Of a DNA stretch of 64,000 nucleotides, positions 13,417 through 27,100 are shown one piece after another (position 1 is the stretch's first letter; each line of letters opens with the position of its first letter). This DNA comes from Ruditapes philippinarum (Eukaryota), in contig NW_026866507.1 in NCBI RefSeq assembly GCF_026571515.1, positions 124,001 through 188,000 on the forward strand, in the 5' to 3' direction. Below the pieces are notes generated by a model, which had not been told where the DNA came from, did not search any database, and saw nothing but the letters and a program-made list of their open reading frames with translations. The translations under genes and the position numbers were made by a program.

Positions 13417-14804
13417 TCAGTTAATATGCATATTTAAAATCAGGCAAACGACCGTTATTTGGGGTTTAGTTTAATAATATTTTATTGCTCTTTGAATACA
13501 ATTTAGAACATTATTTTTACAAATAACAAACGGCAAAAGGGTTGAACAACAAGATCTAGCAACATTAGTAACTGTCCTTCCCTTAAGCATTATAAAATAT
13601 AGAAACGAAAACATGTTTAAACACTATACACATGAGCAATTACAAATATCAAGACGGATACAAAAACAAAGTAGCAAATAGAATTCGACATCAAATTTAA
13701 GAGAAAAAAAACCAGAAAACATTATTACATCTTATCAATTTTTTTAAATATAAAAAAATAATAGTAATTTTCCTGCACTTGCAGTATGTGATGGTTTGTA
13801 TGGCTGTCAAAATATGTCATTTATAAGGGGAATTAGAAGAATTAAAATTGGAACAACGATTGTTATTTTTACATGTACTTATTTCTTATTATTTAAATCT
13901 ATGTGTATTTTTTATATATTTTTGAACCTCATGAAATAAAAAAGAGTTTTCCTCGACTGATAAATTTTCTTTTCCATAAAGGAGAGTACTTGTACTTAAT
14001 GGATGAAAAGGGCGAGTGGAAGTGAAAAGTTAGAGTCTTTTTGGGGTCATAAAAATTAATCAATGAATTTAAGTGATGTTTTAAATGCCAATTGAAAACT
14101 AAAAACAAGGAAGGAAGTAGGCGAAATGTATTAAGTCAGTAATAGCAGACAGATTATTTAAATTTGTTATATCTAAAAAAGGGTTGCAATTTATTATAAT
14201 AATTTAATTATTGATCTCATAGGATAGTGGCCTTAAAGTATAAAAATGTTTGATAGTGTGTAATGATACATTTGATAACATATCATTTAAGTCTTACCGT
14301 GTGTCGATAATTATCACACATATTTCCATCTAATTAAAAACCAGTTCATTCTAAGATAGGATCTGTTGAGGACCCATTAAAATCTGGATTTACCTTACTT
14401 CTTGTTATATTATTAAAGGGAGGTAACGTTTTTGAATTTATTAATTATAGTTCTTTCAATGTTGAATGAATAATCTAGCACAACTGGACAAAAAGAAACA
14501 TTTAAGATGATTCCAAGATAGGTGCCATATTGAAAGAATACATCATACTCAACAAGATCATAAGTGTATATTTAGAAGAAATGCACATCCGATTATGGCA
14601 GGAATTATTTTCAACACGCATATAGAAATTTTCGAAATATACAAGTCATCTTGTCTGATTCAAAATGGCAGCAGTTTTGGTGGCACATAAAACTGATACG
14701 TTTTGCAAAACCTGAAATATTAACCAAGTTTTCATTGACTGCCTCTTGCTGTAAAGTAATGTTAAAGGCATTCTTAAGCCGACAATCTTATTATAGTAAA
14801 AATT

Positions 14805-15102
14805 CCCTTTGACCTTTGACACAGTCACCTAAAAATCTATAGGGGTCATCTACTAGTCATAAATAACCTCCATGCCAAATATGAAGACTGTGCAGACAAG
14901 CATTTTTTTAGTCAAGGCCCCTGTGACCTTGACCTTAAAATTAATAGGGGTCATCTACTAATCATGACTAACCTGCATGCAAAATATGAAGACTGTGGGT
15001 AAAACGAATCTTAAGTTATTGGGCAGACAAGGAAAACCCGCTGGACGGCCATCGAGCTGATTTCAGTATAGCCCCATTACAACTTTGTTGTGCGGAGGTA
15101 TA
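14805..15102 (-). mobile_element. Degenerate HINE remnant
   Basis: Two diverged monomers (TGACCTT...AGGGGTCATCTACTA...ATATGAAGACTGTG) ending in the family-type stem-loop AGTATAGCCCC...AACTTTGTTGTGCGGAGGTATAA. Confidence 0.55.
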
Positions 15103-15177
15103 AAAATTTACAACAATACAAACACAATGTTTAGTGACTTTATTAGCTATGATCAAAAATAAATAATTACAGAACTT

Positions 15178-18100
15178 TCAGGTTATCTTTTGCATTTTCT
15201 TCTTAGATTGCTTTGAATGTCTTCCAGCCTTGAATTTCTGAAACGATATACATGTATATACATACAACACATGCATAGAAAAGTTATGACTTAAACTTAT
15301 GTTTCAAATCAAAATTTTGAAATTCAAGTTTGACCTTGAAGATAAAGTTCATTTCTGATTGACAGTGCAAAATCAAACTTGAATGATGAGAGTAGAGTTA
15401 ATGGCTACAGGTATGTTCTGGGTATATTCTGGGCATGTTTTGTTCCTATCATGGCTCTAGCTTATATGATGATGTTACACACAAGATTAACATTATCTGC
15501 CGCAGATTTTCTCCTGCTACATGTTTTATATCTGCAATATGTGATTTTAATAACAAGAGGGCCATGATGGCCCTAGATCGCTCACCTGAATTATCAAACT
15601 CATCCAAACAATTACCTAGACAAGCATTCTGACCAAGTCTCATGACAGGTGAGTCAAAAATGTGACCACTAAAGTGTTAACAAGGATTATCCATATTTGA
15701 GCAGTGTGACCTAGTTTTTTACCCAGGTGACCCATATTCAAACTTGACCTAGAAATCATCAAAACAAACTTTCAGACCAATTTCCAGGATACTTGGATCA
15801 AAACAGTAGCAACTAGAGTGTTAACAAGATTTTTCTATTTTTAGCTCCGGTGACCTAGTTTCACATGCGATTTCGAACTCATCCAAGCAATTACCTAGAC
15901 AAGCATACAGACCAAGTTTGATGATAATGGAGTCGAAAATGTGACCACTAGAATGTTAACAAGGTTTTTCCATATTTGGGCGGTGTGACCTAGTTTTTCA
16001 TCCAAGATGACCCATGTTCGATCTTGACTTAGAAATCATCAAAACAAACTTTCAGACCAATTAACAGAATATTTGGATCACAACAGTAGCCACTAGAGTG
16101 TTAACAAGATTTTTCTATTTTTAGCTCCTGTGACCTAGTTTTTCATCCGAGATGTCCCATGTTCGATTTATTCCCAGCAATGACCTAGACAAGTTTCCTG
16201 ACCAAGTTTGATGACAATTGAGTCAAAATTGTGACCACTAGAGTGTTAACAAGGTTTTTCTATTTTTAGCTCCTGTGACCTAGTTTTTCATCCGAGATGA
16301 CACATGTTCGAACTCATCCGAGTTATTACCTAGACAAGCATCTTGATCAAGTTTGATGATGATTGATGCAAAAATGTGACCGCTAAAGTGTTAACAAGGT
16401 TTTTCTATTTTTAGCTCCGGTGACCTACTTTTTCATCCGAGATGACCCATGTTCGAACTCATCCAAGCTATCAACTAGATAAGCATCCTGACCAAGTTTG
16501 ATGATGATTGATGCAAAAAATGTGACCGCTAGAGTGTTAACAAGGTTTTTCTATTTTATAGCTCCGGTGACCTAGTTTTTCATCCGAGATGACCCATATT
16601 CGAACTCATCCGAGCTATTATCTAAACAAGCATCCTGACAAAGTTTGATGATGATTGGGTCAAAAATGTGACCACTAGAGTGGTCACAAGGTTTTTCTAT
16701 TTTTAGCTCCTGTGACCTAGTTTTTCATCAGAGATGACCCATGTTCGAACTCATCCAAGCAATTGACTAGACAAGCATTCTGACCAAGTTTGATGATGAT
16801 TGGTTCAAAAATGTGACCTCTAGAGTGTTCACAAGGTTTTTCTATTTTTAGCTCTTGTGACCTAGTTTTTCATCTGAGATGACCCATGTTCGAACTCATC
16901 CGAGCTTTCAACTAGATAAGCATCCTGACCAAGTTTGGTGATGATTGAGGCAAAAATGCGACCGCTAGAGTGTTCACAAGCAATTGTGGACGGCCGGACG
17001 GACGACGGACGACGGACATTCATCGATCCTAAAAGCTCACCCTGAGCAAGCTCAGGTGAGCTAAAAACTGAAATTGGCAAAGGTTTGACTTAATGCTTAA
17101 GTACAACATGATTATAGACATCCTGCTCAGTTTGGTAAGATTCTTTTCTTCTTATATATCAGTAAAATATTACAGCAAGCTATTTTATATGAGCAAACTC
17201 ATGCATGTTTTTAATGTATTCATTAAAATCTTACATTGATAACAAACCAAATAAACATTAAACTTTAGGGGATAGAACACAAAGTCAATTTTAAAACATA
17301 TCACAGGAAAATTTGCATTCTTGCACCACCCAACCTGTCCTGATAAGTTCAGCATAAAAATATTTATTGGCCAGTGAATATAAAAATAAGTTCAAGTTAC
17401 TAAAATATCTGATAACTTTTTTTTCAGAATAAGATTTAGGAACATACATTTCTTTTCTGTCCTCTCTGTTCTGTATCAGTTTTATTTGGAGATTGTTTGA
17501 TATTTTCTGTTTCCATTTCTTCAAACTCAAAATCAGAATCATCATCTTCATCTACCTGACTACCACCAGCTACTTCCCCGTGCTCAACCTGATCCTCTAA
17601 AGTCACTTTATCAGCTGCTGAAATACACATCATATCCAGTTACTATACAGTATTTGACACTACTCTTAGTAAATTAACTCTTATTTCATTAATAAAGAAA
17701 ATAGATATGTCAAATTTAAGGTGTCTCATTTTTGACACCACCTGCATGACTAGTAAAATATTTGTAGAGGTGTGCTAGGAAATGCTTCATTTCAAATATC
17801 TAAGCTCTGAGCATTGTAGTTTTCTGCAGGGTTTTAAATCTGTTAATATCAGCCACTAAGTTGACTACCAGGACATAGTAGTTTTGACCCTAGGGAGCTA
17901 CAATGTGATGCTATCTTTAAAATACTTCTGTACTGGGCTTCGTTGTTTTAAATAAGACTTTAAAGACTTGTAAACTACATTTTATGCTAATTAAAAAATA
18001 AATCTATGTAAACTAAATGACACCAAGGTTAACCATTTTGACTTTACGCACATGTACATATGCATTAGACTGGAAACATTCATAAAAACTTTTGCATTTA

Positions 18101-21100
18101 GTTTGGATAAAAAGCACAAATGTTGTTTATTTAGGATGTCATGTTAAAGAAATTGCCAAACAAGGGAGGATCAGCGCAAAACTATCACAAAAGCTCACTT
18201 TCATGCTCAGGAGAGCTAAAAAATACTAGGTTTGACTGAGACCACATAAAACCTGTTTTCCAGTAGTTTTATAAAGACTGGGCATAAAAATTACCTGGAT
18301 ATAGATCACTTAGACTGTCAGTATCACTTATCTCCCCTTCATCATCCTCTCCACCTTCCTCCACAGAGTAAGCTCTCTTTCTCAAATCTAGATTTTCCTG
18401 AACTTTCCTTCTACCTCTTGGTGGACGATACTCTTTCCCAGTTCTCTGGCATTCCTCCCCTGGAAAATGTTCAATTATGCAAAAACTTAGTTAGATGCAT
18501 AACACCCTCAAGCAGGTTCAACTAGACCTATCACTGAAGGTGATTAATACCCCCACCAGCAACTTTGACTTTTTGAAAAATACGTGGTCTAAAGAAAATT
18601 TGAACACAAGCTATAGTAAATGAAGTATCAACTGTGTACAAAGAATTATTTCAATTAATTTCAATAACCAGCCGGGGTCTTCATATAAGCTTGCTATACA
18701 CCAAGTTTGATTACAATATCTCATTTCTAACTCTAGTTATTGTTTGGAAACCATTTTTCTATATTTAGTAATGCTGACCTTGACCCCAGGGGTTCAAAAT
18801 GCAATACCAAACAGGGTCTCCACATATGGTTGCTATATACCAAGTACAAAACCTCATTCCAAACTCTAATTATCCTCCGGAAACCATGCTGTGGACAGAC
18901 CGACAAGCTGACTCCTATATACCCCCCCCCCCCCAAAAAAAAAAAAAAAAAACTTTGTTTGTGGGGGTATAATTAAAAGCTGGTTCATTTGTCAACATTT
19001 ACATATAAGTGACATGCATTGCATAAAAAAATCCTGTAAGTATAGATATTACAACAAAAGCCTGAGTCAGTAACCAATTTGCCAAAACGGTTCATCCAGT
19101 CTCTCAACTATGGGAGGGGAGTCTGTTCAATAAAATTTGTTAACAAAGTTATATTACTTTACAGACTTGTGTCTTTATTTTTATTCGAAAAAAAATGTTA
19201 ACTGGCATGTTTGCTATTTGATGATGTTAAACAATTCCCAAAGAAAGCCGTTGAACTAGGTGACCTCAAACCCCACCTATGTTGTAAGACCAACAGTTAA
19301 TAGGGTACATATTTTTGTATCTTACTACCAAGTTAATGAAAGAAATTAGTCAATACTAGTAACTCAGACCTGTACAAGCTTAAGTGTAAAAATATATTTT
19401 TAAGCACCAGTGACCTTGATCCCAGTAACTCCTAACTCCATACTAAGGTAGAGAACTACCAAAGGTATGTTTTTTTATGAGAGGCATCAATTAATAAATA
19501 AAGTCTGTATGAGCAAAATGGTAAAACTAGTGACCTTAACCATGACCCCTGTGACCTAAAATTACACTCAAAGATTAAGGACGATGACCCAAGGTTTCTA
19601 CCAACCAAATATGAAAGACTATAGTCAATTAATGAAGTTGATTGGAGAACTTAAGATATATTAAACTTGCCAGAATACTAGTAGGTTAAAACATATCAGG
19701 TGATAAAAAGGAAAATAATTGTGGAAAAATTGATGTAACAATTATGATACTTTATACTTATAAGAGTGTGTAATATACAAATTTTGGTATAGATAAAGTT
19801 TTAGATGTATTCATTTTTCTTCAAAACAGTTTAACCATACTTAGTTACAAAGTACTTTAAAGAGAAATAACTGGGGAAAATGGAAACCAAAGTTATGTAA
19901 CTTGCCAAGATTATGAACTTTGTATTGTGTGTAAATTATGAAGTCTTTGGTACAGGAAAAATCTAACAGGCTGGTGGATGTTAACCTTGTCCAGATGAGT
20001 AGACAGATGGATGTTATATAATATATAATAAAACACTTTATGCTGGGAAACATAAAAATTTGTTTAACCTCACTTTATGCTGGGGAACATAAAAATTTGT
20101 TTAACCTATCTGCAAGTAATCACTGAATCCATGCATTTTACAATTTGATAGAAAGTTACAGCTTTGGTAAGAAGGCATGATGCCATATCATATGACATTC
20201 AAAGCATCCAATTTGTATATCTTTATGCTAAAACTTTTAACACAGCACAACATGAAACAATTTTAGTTGTGTTTGATTTAACATAAAATTATGGTTTGAT
20301 CTAATGGCATAATTCAAATCAGAAAATTACTTTCAATTGTTGCTTTGCCATACAAGCAAACAGTATTTTTGATACTCAACTCATAAAATATCCTCTTTAT
20401 ACTTCATAAAACATTTGTAATCTATTACTCACATCTTGCCAAAAATCTCTTGAATTTTCCTCCATTAACATGTCTTTCTACATGAGCTAATGTCTTATTT
20501 ACATGACACATTGTCAGTGTACAGAATAACTGGTGCCTGAAAGTAAATGTTGACACATGGTCAGTGTATAGAACAAATAGTGCCTGAAAGTAAATGTTGA
20601 CATGTGGTCAGTGTACAGAACCGCTGATGCCTGAAAGTAAATGTTGACACATGGTCAGTGTACAGAACAAATGGTGCCTGAAAGTAAATGTTGACACATG
20701 GTCAGTGTACAGAACAAATGGTGCCTGAAAGTAAATGTTGACACATGGTCAGTGTACAGAACAATTGGTGCCTGAAAGTAAATGTTGACACATGGTCAGT
20801 GTATACACCAAATGGTGCCTGAAAGTAAATGTTTGTTTGTTTGATTTGGGTTTTACGTCACATCGACACAGTATAGGTCATATCGCGACGTTCCAGCTTT
20901 ACTGGTGGAGGAAGACCTCAGGTGCCCTTCCGTGCATTATTTCAGGCAGGAACGGGTACATGAGTAGAACCACCGACGTTCCGTAAGCTAGCTGGATAGC
21001 TTCCTAACATGAAAGAATCCAAAGTCCCTGTCGGGATTCGAACCCACAGCGGTGAGGGGCAAGTGGAAAGTAAATGTTGATACATGGTCAGTGTACAGAA

Positions 21101-24100
21101 CAACTAGTGCTGGTGCATGAAAGTAAATATTGACACATGGTCAGTGTACAGAACAACTGGTGCCGTAAAGTAAATGTTGACAAATGGTAAGTGCACAGAA
21201 CAACTGGTGCTGGTGCATGAAAGTAAATATTGACACATTGCCAGTGTACAGAACAACTGGTGCCGGTGCATGAAAGTAAATATTGACACATTGCCAGTGT
21301 ACAGAACAACTGGTGCCGTAAAGTAAATGTTGACAAATGGTAAGTGCACAGAACAACTGGTGCATGAAAGTAAATGTTGACATGTGGTCAGTGTACAGAA
21401 CAACTGGTGCCTGAAAGTAAATGTTGACATGTGGTCAGTGTACAGGACAACTAGTGCCTGAAAGTAAATGTTGACATATTGTCTATGTACATAACAAATG
21501 ATTCCTGAAAGTAAATGTTGACACATGGTCAGTGTACAGAACAAATGATGCCTGAAAGTAAATGTTGACACATGGTCAGTGTACAGGACAACTGGTGCTG
21601 TAACATGGTAAGTGTACAGAATAACTGATGCCTGAAAGTAAATGTTTACACATGGTCAGTGTACAGAATAACTGATGCCTGAAAGTAAAAGTTGACACAT
21701 GGTCAGTGTACAGAACAAATGATGCCTGAAAGTAAAAGTTGACACATGGTCAGTGTACAGATCAACTGGTGCCTGAAAGTAAATGTCAACACATGGTTAG
21801 TGTACAGAACAACTGGTGCCTGAAAGTAAATGTTGACACGAAAATAAATGTACAGAACAACTGATGCTGTAATATGGTAAGTGTACAGAATAACTGATGC
21901 CTGAAAGTAAATGTCAACACATGGTTAGTGTACAGAACAACTGGTGCCTGAAAGTAAATGTTGACACGAAAATAAATGCACAGAACAACTGATGCCTAAA
22001 GATAAATGTTGGCACATGGATTGGTAAGTGAACAAGTAGTGCCTACTTTTATTAAAATGTTGTTATCAGATTGTCATGAACTGTCATGCATTTGTATTTA
22101 AACTAAGCAAGATGTTATGATAATTTCTCATTAAAAAGCTACTCACTCATGATGTTTCTTTGTGCTGGGTACCAGATGAGGCTTGTACTTCTCATAGTTT
22201 TTGTCCTCTCTTTCCAAGAGTTTTATGTACTTCTTCCCGGTAACATAACTTCTGATAGCTTCTTCCTTATATGGCATCTCATGACCAGATAGTGAACATG
22301 TTACCTGTAAATAGAAATTTGGAAGTATTTTAAAATTAAAAGTCTATTAGTTTAGCTGTGATTTGAAACTAATTTTTTAGCGATATATACAGATAAAATA
22401 TGAAATAATCTAACATTAAAATTAAATCTTTCAAAAATCGAAGGACACTGGAGATAAGTTTTACTTGTTTCCTATCTTATTATGGTTTCCCTTCAAATTG
22501 ATATTCTGAATCCCTTGCCTAAAATTACCGTCAGTCCAAATATGAAGTTTCTCGAACAAACTTTTTTCTAAAAATGGAGCTCTTAGCATGTTCAAGATCT
22601 TCTGATGAATTAATCATAAAAAACGTTAAATTTTGATTGATTCAAGTACACAGTTTATTATTTAATAAATTACAGTCCAAATAATCTTATTTATACAGAA
22701 CTTATCCAGATAATATAGAACTAGACCTATCACTGAAGGTGATTAATACCCCCACCAGCAACTTTTTGAAAAATAAGTAGTCTGAAGAAAAATTTCAACA
22801 CAAACTATCAACTGTGTACAAAGAAATATTTCAATTAATTGTAATCCCAACTGGGGTCTCCAAATAAGCTTGCTTTTCACAAAGTTTGATTACAATATCT
22901 CATTCCTAACTCTAGTTATTGTCCGGAAACCATTTTTCTATTTTAAGGAATGGTGACCTTGACCCCAGGGGGTCCAAATGCAATACCAACCGAGGTCTTC
23001 ATATAAGCTTGCTATACACCAAGTTTGATAACAATATCTCATTCCTAACTCTAGTTATTGTCCGGAAACCATTTTTCTAATTTTAGTAACGGTGACCTTG
23101 ACCCCAGGGGGTCCAAATACAATAACAACCCAGGTCTTCATATAAGCTTGCTATACACCAAGTTTGATTACAATATCTCATTCCTAACTCAAGTTATTGT
23201 CCGGAAACCATTTTTCTATTTTTAGTAACCATGACCTTGACCTTGACCCCAGGGGCCTAAATGCAATACCAACCCAGGTCTTCATATAAGCTTGCTATAA
23301 CGCAAAGTTTGATAACAATATCTCATTCCTAACTCTAGTTATTGTCCGGAAACCATTTTTCTATTTTTAGTAACGGTGACCTTGACCTTGACCCCAGGGG
23401 GTCCAAATGCAATACCAACTGGAGTTTCCACATAAGGTTGCTATATACAAGTTTGATTACAATACCTCATTCCAAACTCTAGTTATCGTCCGGAAACCAT
23501 GATGTGGACCGACCGACCGACGACCGACCGATTACAATATCTCATTCCTAACTCAAGTTATTGTCCGGAAACCATTTTTTCTATTTTTAGTAACCATGAC
23601 CTTGACCTTGACCCCAGGGGGCCTAAATGCAATACCAACCCAGGTCTTCATATAAGCTTGCTATACGCAAAGTTTGATAACAATATCTCATTCCTAACTC
23701 TAGTTATTGTCCGGAAACCATTTTTCTATTTTTAGTAACGGTGACCTTGACCTTGACCCCAGGGGGTCCAAATGCAATACCAACCGGAGTTTCCACATAA
23801 GGTTGCTATATACCAAGTTTGATTACAATACCTCATTCCAAACTCTAGTTATCGTCCGGAAACCATGATGTGGACCGACCGACGGACGGACGGACGGACC
23901 GACCGACCGACAAGCTGACTCCTATATACCCCCCCTAAACTTCGTTTGTGGGGGTATAATAAATAGAAAATAGATGCCGAGTCAATATCAACTTCCGGTA
24001 GGTTCCTGATTCACGATATCCTATTCTTGAAATGGAATTGTTAATCCTGAAATTTGATTTAGAATTTGGAAGGGATTTTATTCTGAGATAGGGGAAAAAT

Positions 24101-27100
24101 ACATATGATTTCTTTGAGAGGGGAACAAACTGTTAAAAACTTGTTAAAAATAATTTTAATATATATTATTCTCCTCATATCAAAATCGAGTGACGTCACG
24201 AAATGGAGTCAGCGACAAACTCAGATCGCGGGAAATAATCAGAAAATGTTGAATTATTCCTACATAGCTATGCGATTTTAAACAAGAACTGTCGGAGGAC
24301 AGTAAAGCTCGACTATTCAAAATTTGTCACAAGGGTGTTTCATTGAGTATAATAATGCTTACCTATATGAATACATAAAATTGTCCGAAAAGGTACAAAC
24401 TCTTCAAGTTTCAATACATTCCCTTCAGTAGTTATGGAGATACAAGCTTACATACAAAAACTTAACCAAGATTTTCTAAGTCGAAAAAGGGGCATAATTA
24501 TGAAATAAAACAATTCAGAGTTATGGGACTTGTACCAATCACCTTAGATAATCACAGAGACCAAGTGTGTGAAGTTTCAATCCATTCCCTTCAGTAGTTA
24601 TGGAGATACCAACTTACACGCAAAAACTTAACCAAAAATTTCTAAGTCGAAAAAGGGGCATAATTATGTTAAAAAGCAAATCCGAGTTATGGGACTTGTG
24701 CCAATCATCTAAGATAATCACAGAGAACAAGTGTGTGAAGTTTCAATCCATTACCTTCAGTAGTTATGGAGATACCAGCTTACATGCAAAAACTTAACCA
24801 AGAATTTCTAAGTCAAAAAAGGGGCATAATTATGTAAAAAAGCAAATCAGAGTTATGGGACTTGTGCCAATTATCTTAGATAATCACAGAGAACAAGTGT
24901 GTGAATTTCAATCCATTCCCTTCAGTAGTTATGGAGATACCAGCTTACACGCAAAAACTTAACCAAGAATTTCTAAGTCGAAAAAGGGGCATAATTATGT
25001 AAAAAAGCAAATCAGAGTTATGGTACTTGTGCCAATCGTCTTAGATAAACACAGAGAACAAGTGTGTGAAGTTTCAATCAATTCCCTTCAGTAGTTATGG
25101 AGATAACAGCTTACATACACAAACTTAACTAAGAATTTCTAAGTCGAAAAAGGGGCATAATTATGAAAAAAAGCAAACCAGAGTTATGGGACTTGTGGCA
25201 ATCATCTTAGATAATCAGCAGAGAACAAGTGTGTGAAGTTTCAATCCATTCCCTTCAGTAGTTATGGAGATACCAGCTTACACGCAAAACTTAACCAAGA
25301 ATTTCTAAGTCGAAAAAGGGGCATAATTATGTAAAAAAGCAAATCAGAGTTATGGTCTTGTGCCAATCGTCTTAGATAAACACAGAGAACAAGTGTGTGA
25401 AGTTTCAATCAATTCCCTTCAGTAGTTATGGAGATAACAGCTTACATACACAAACTTAACTAAGAATTTCTAAGTCGAAAAAGGGGCATAATTATGAAAA
25501 AAAGCAAACCAGAGTTATGGGACTTGTGCCAATCATCTTAGATAATCACAGAGAACAAGTGTGTGAAGTTTCAATCCATTCCCTTCAGTAGTTATGGAGA
25601 TACCAGCAGCTTACATACAAAAACTTAACCAAAGATTTTCTAAGTTCGAAAAAGGGCATAATTATGAAATAAAACAATTCAGAGTTATGGGGACTTGTGC
25701 CAATCATCTTAGATAATCACAGAGAACAAGTGTGTGAAGTTTCAATCCATTCCCTTCAGTAGTTATGGAGATACCAGCTTACATACAAAAACTTAACCAC
25801 AGGGACGCCGACAAATGGGTGACTGCATTAGCTCGATTATTCTGCGAATAGTCGAGCTAAAAATCATAGGTGGTATTTGATGCATTTATGTATTGTTTAT
25901 CGAAATGGCCCGATAGATTATTTTGATCTATTGTTTTGTTGATTTGTTCGGCGTAGATTATGTTGGGGTGGGGAAAAGGCATTTCATTCCTTGTGTTTAT
26001 TTATACAGTCTAGGGGGTATATTTTGGATATTATCATTAAAATTGATAGAATTTCAAGTTCCTGTGCTAAAGCAAAGACAGTGTTCCTTTGGCCTGTATA
26101 GTCGCATGGATTTTTTGCCAGAGAAATGAAATGTGTTGTTTTGGGTCTTGGGTCACCGTCAGTGATTTTTCTCGCTTAATTGGGAAAAATTATCGCTAAA
26201 ATTGCCAATTTGGGAAGAAAAAAGCATGTTTCAGTTCAGATTTTTGGGAAAACTGCATGATTTTAAAGAAAATTTCAATTGGGAAGTGGCCCTTTTCCGG
26301 AGTCTGTTATATATGTAGGAAAATCACTGACTGTATATTTTGGGCTTCAACTGAATGAATTGCAACTTTTTTGACTGCCTGCCTATTGCAGATGGGATCA
26401 TTTAAGAATCCGGGTCAGCTCGGCCCTAAAACGTACTCGGCCCCCGAGTCAGCTCGGCCCTTTTCCAACTCGGCACGGGTCAACTCGGCCCACTTTTCAA
26501 TTATTAATATTTAGGTTTGTGTTAACACTATTTATTGTAATTATTGTAATTATTTATAATACATGCACGGATTGACAGTTTCGAACTAGCAGCAGGCAAG
26601 CTTTTCTTATCAGTAGAATTGCGAGTAAAGATAACCAATAGCGTATCTCACTGTATTTCTACATATTTAACTTCTGTTCTGTTCTTTATTACTTTAACGT
26701 TCTAGATAATGCACAGACAAGGTCTTTCTATTTGATAGAAGAAAAAAAAACGTATGACACATGCAAATAAATTTCGGCAACAATCAATGCGCTTATACGG
26801 AAGATTTAATTAGAAGCTTATGTCATGATATTAAGTAAACACGTTTTTGTTTAATTTTTTAAATATTATTTTACAAACACATTTTATTAGAATCTACATC
26901 TATATTAATTTTATCGAATCTGCAAGACAGATAAATAACATTTTTTTCTAAATATACTTTATTTCAGAAGAAGTACAATGTATGTGAATAATTATATAAT
27001 AATAAGATATTTCTTATTATTCATTTACCTTAACAACATGCAAAGCAAAGTTAAAACGTTATATATACTTTTGCAAAGTGGGCCGAGTTGACCCGTGCCG

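Noticed and set aside
21088-21571. Minus-strand ORFs with repeated HQLFCTL
   Set aside because: Echoes of the SURF2 exon 3 start within the intronic array, not a separate gene.
20504-22045. CRISPR-like array
   Set aside because: Units are contiguous with no unique spacers, no cas genes are present, and the unit derives from a eukaryotic splice junction.
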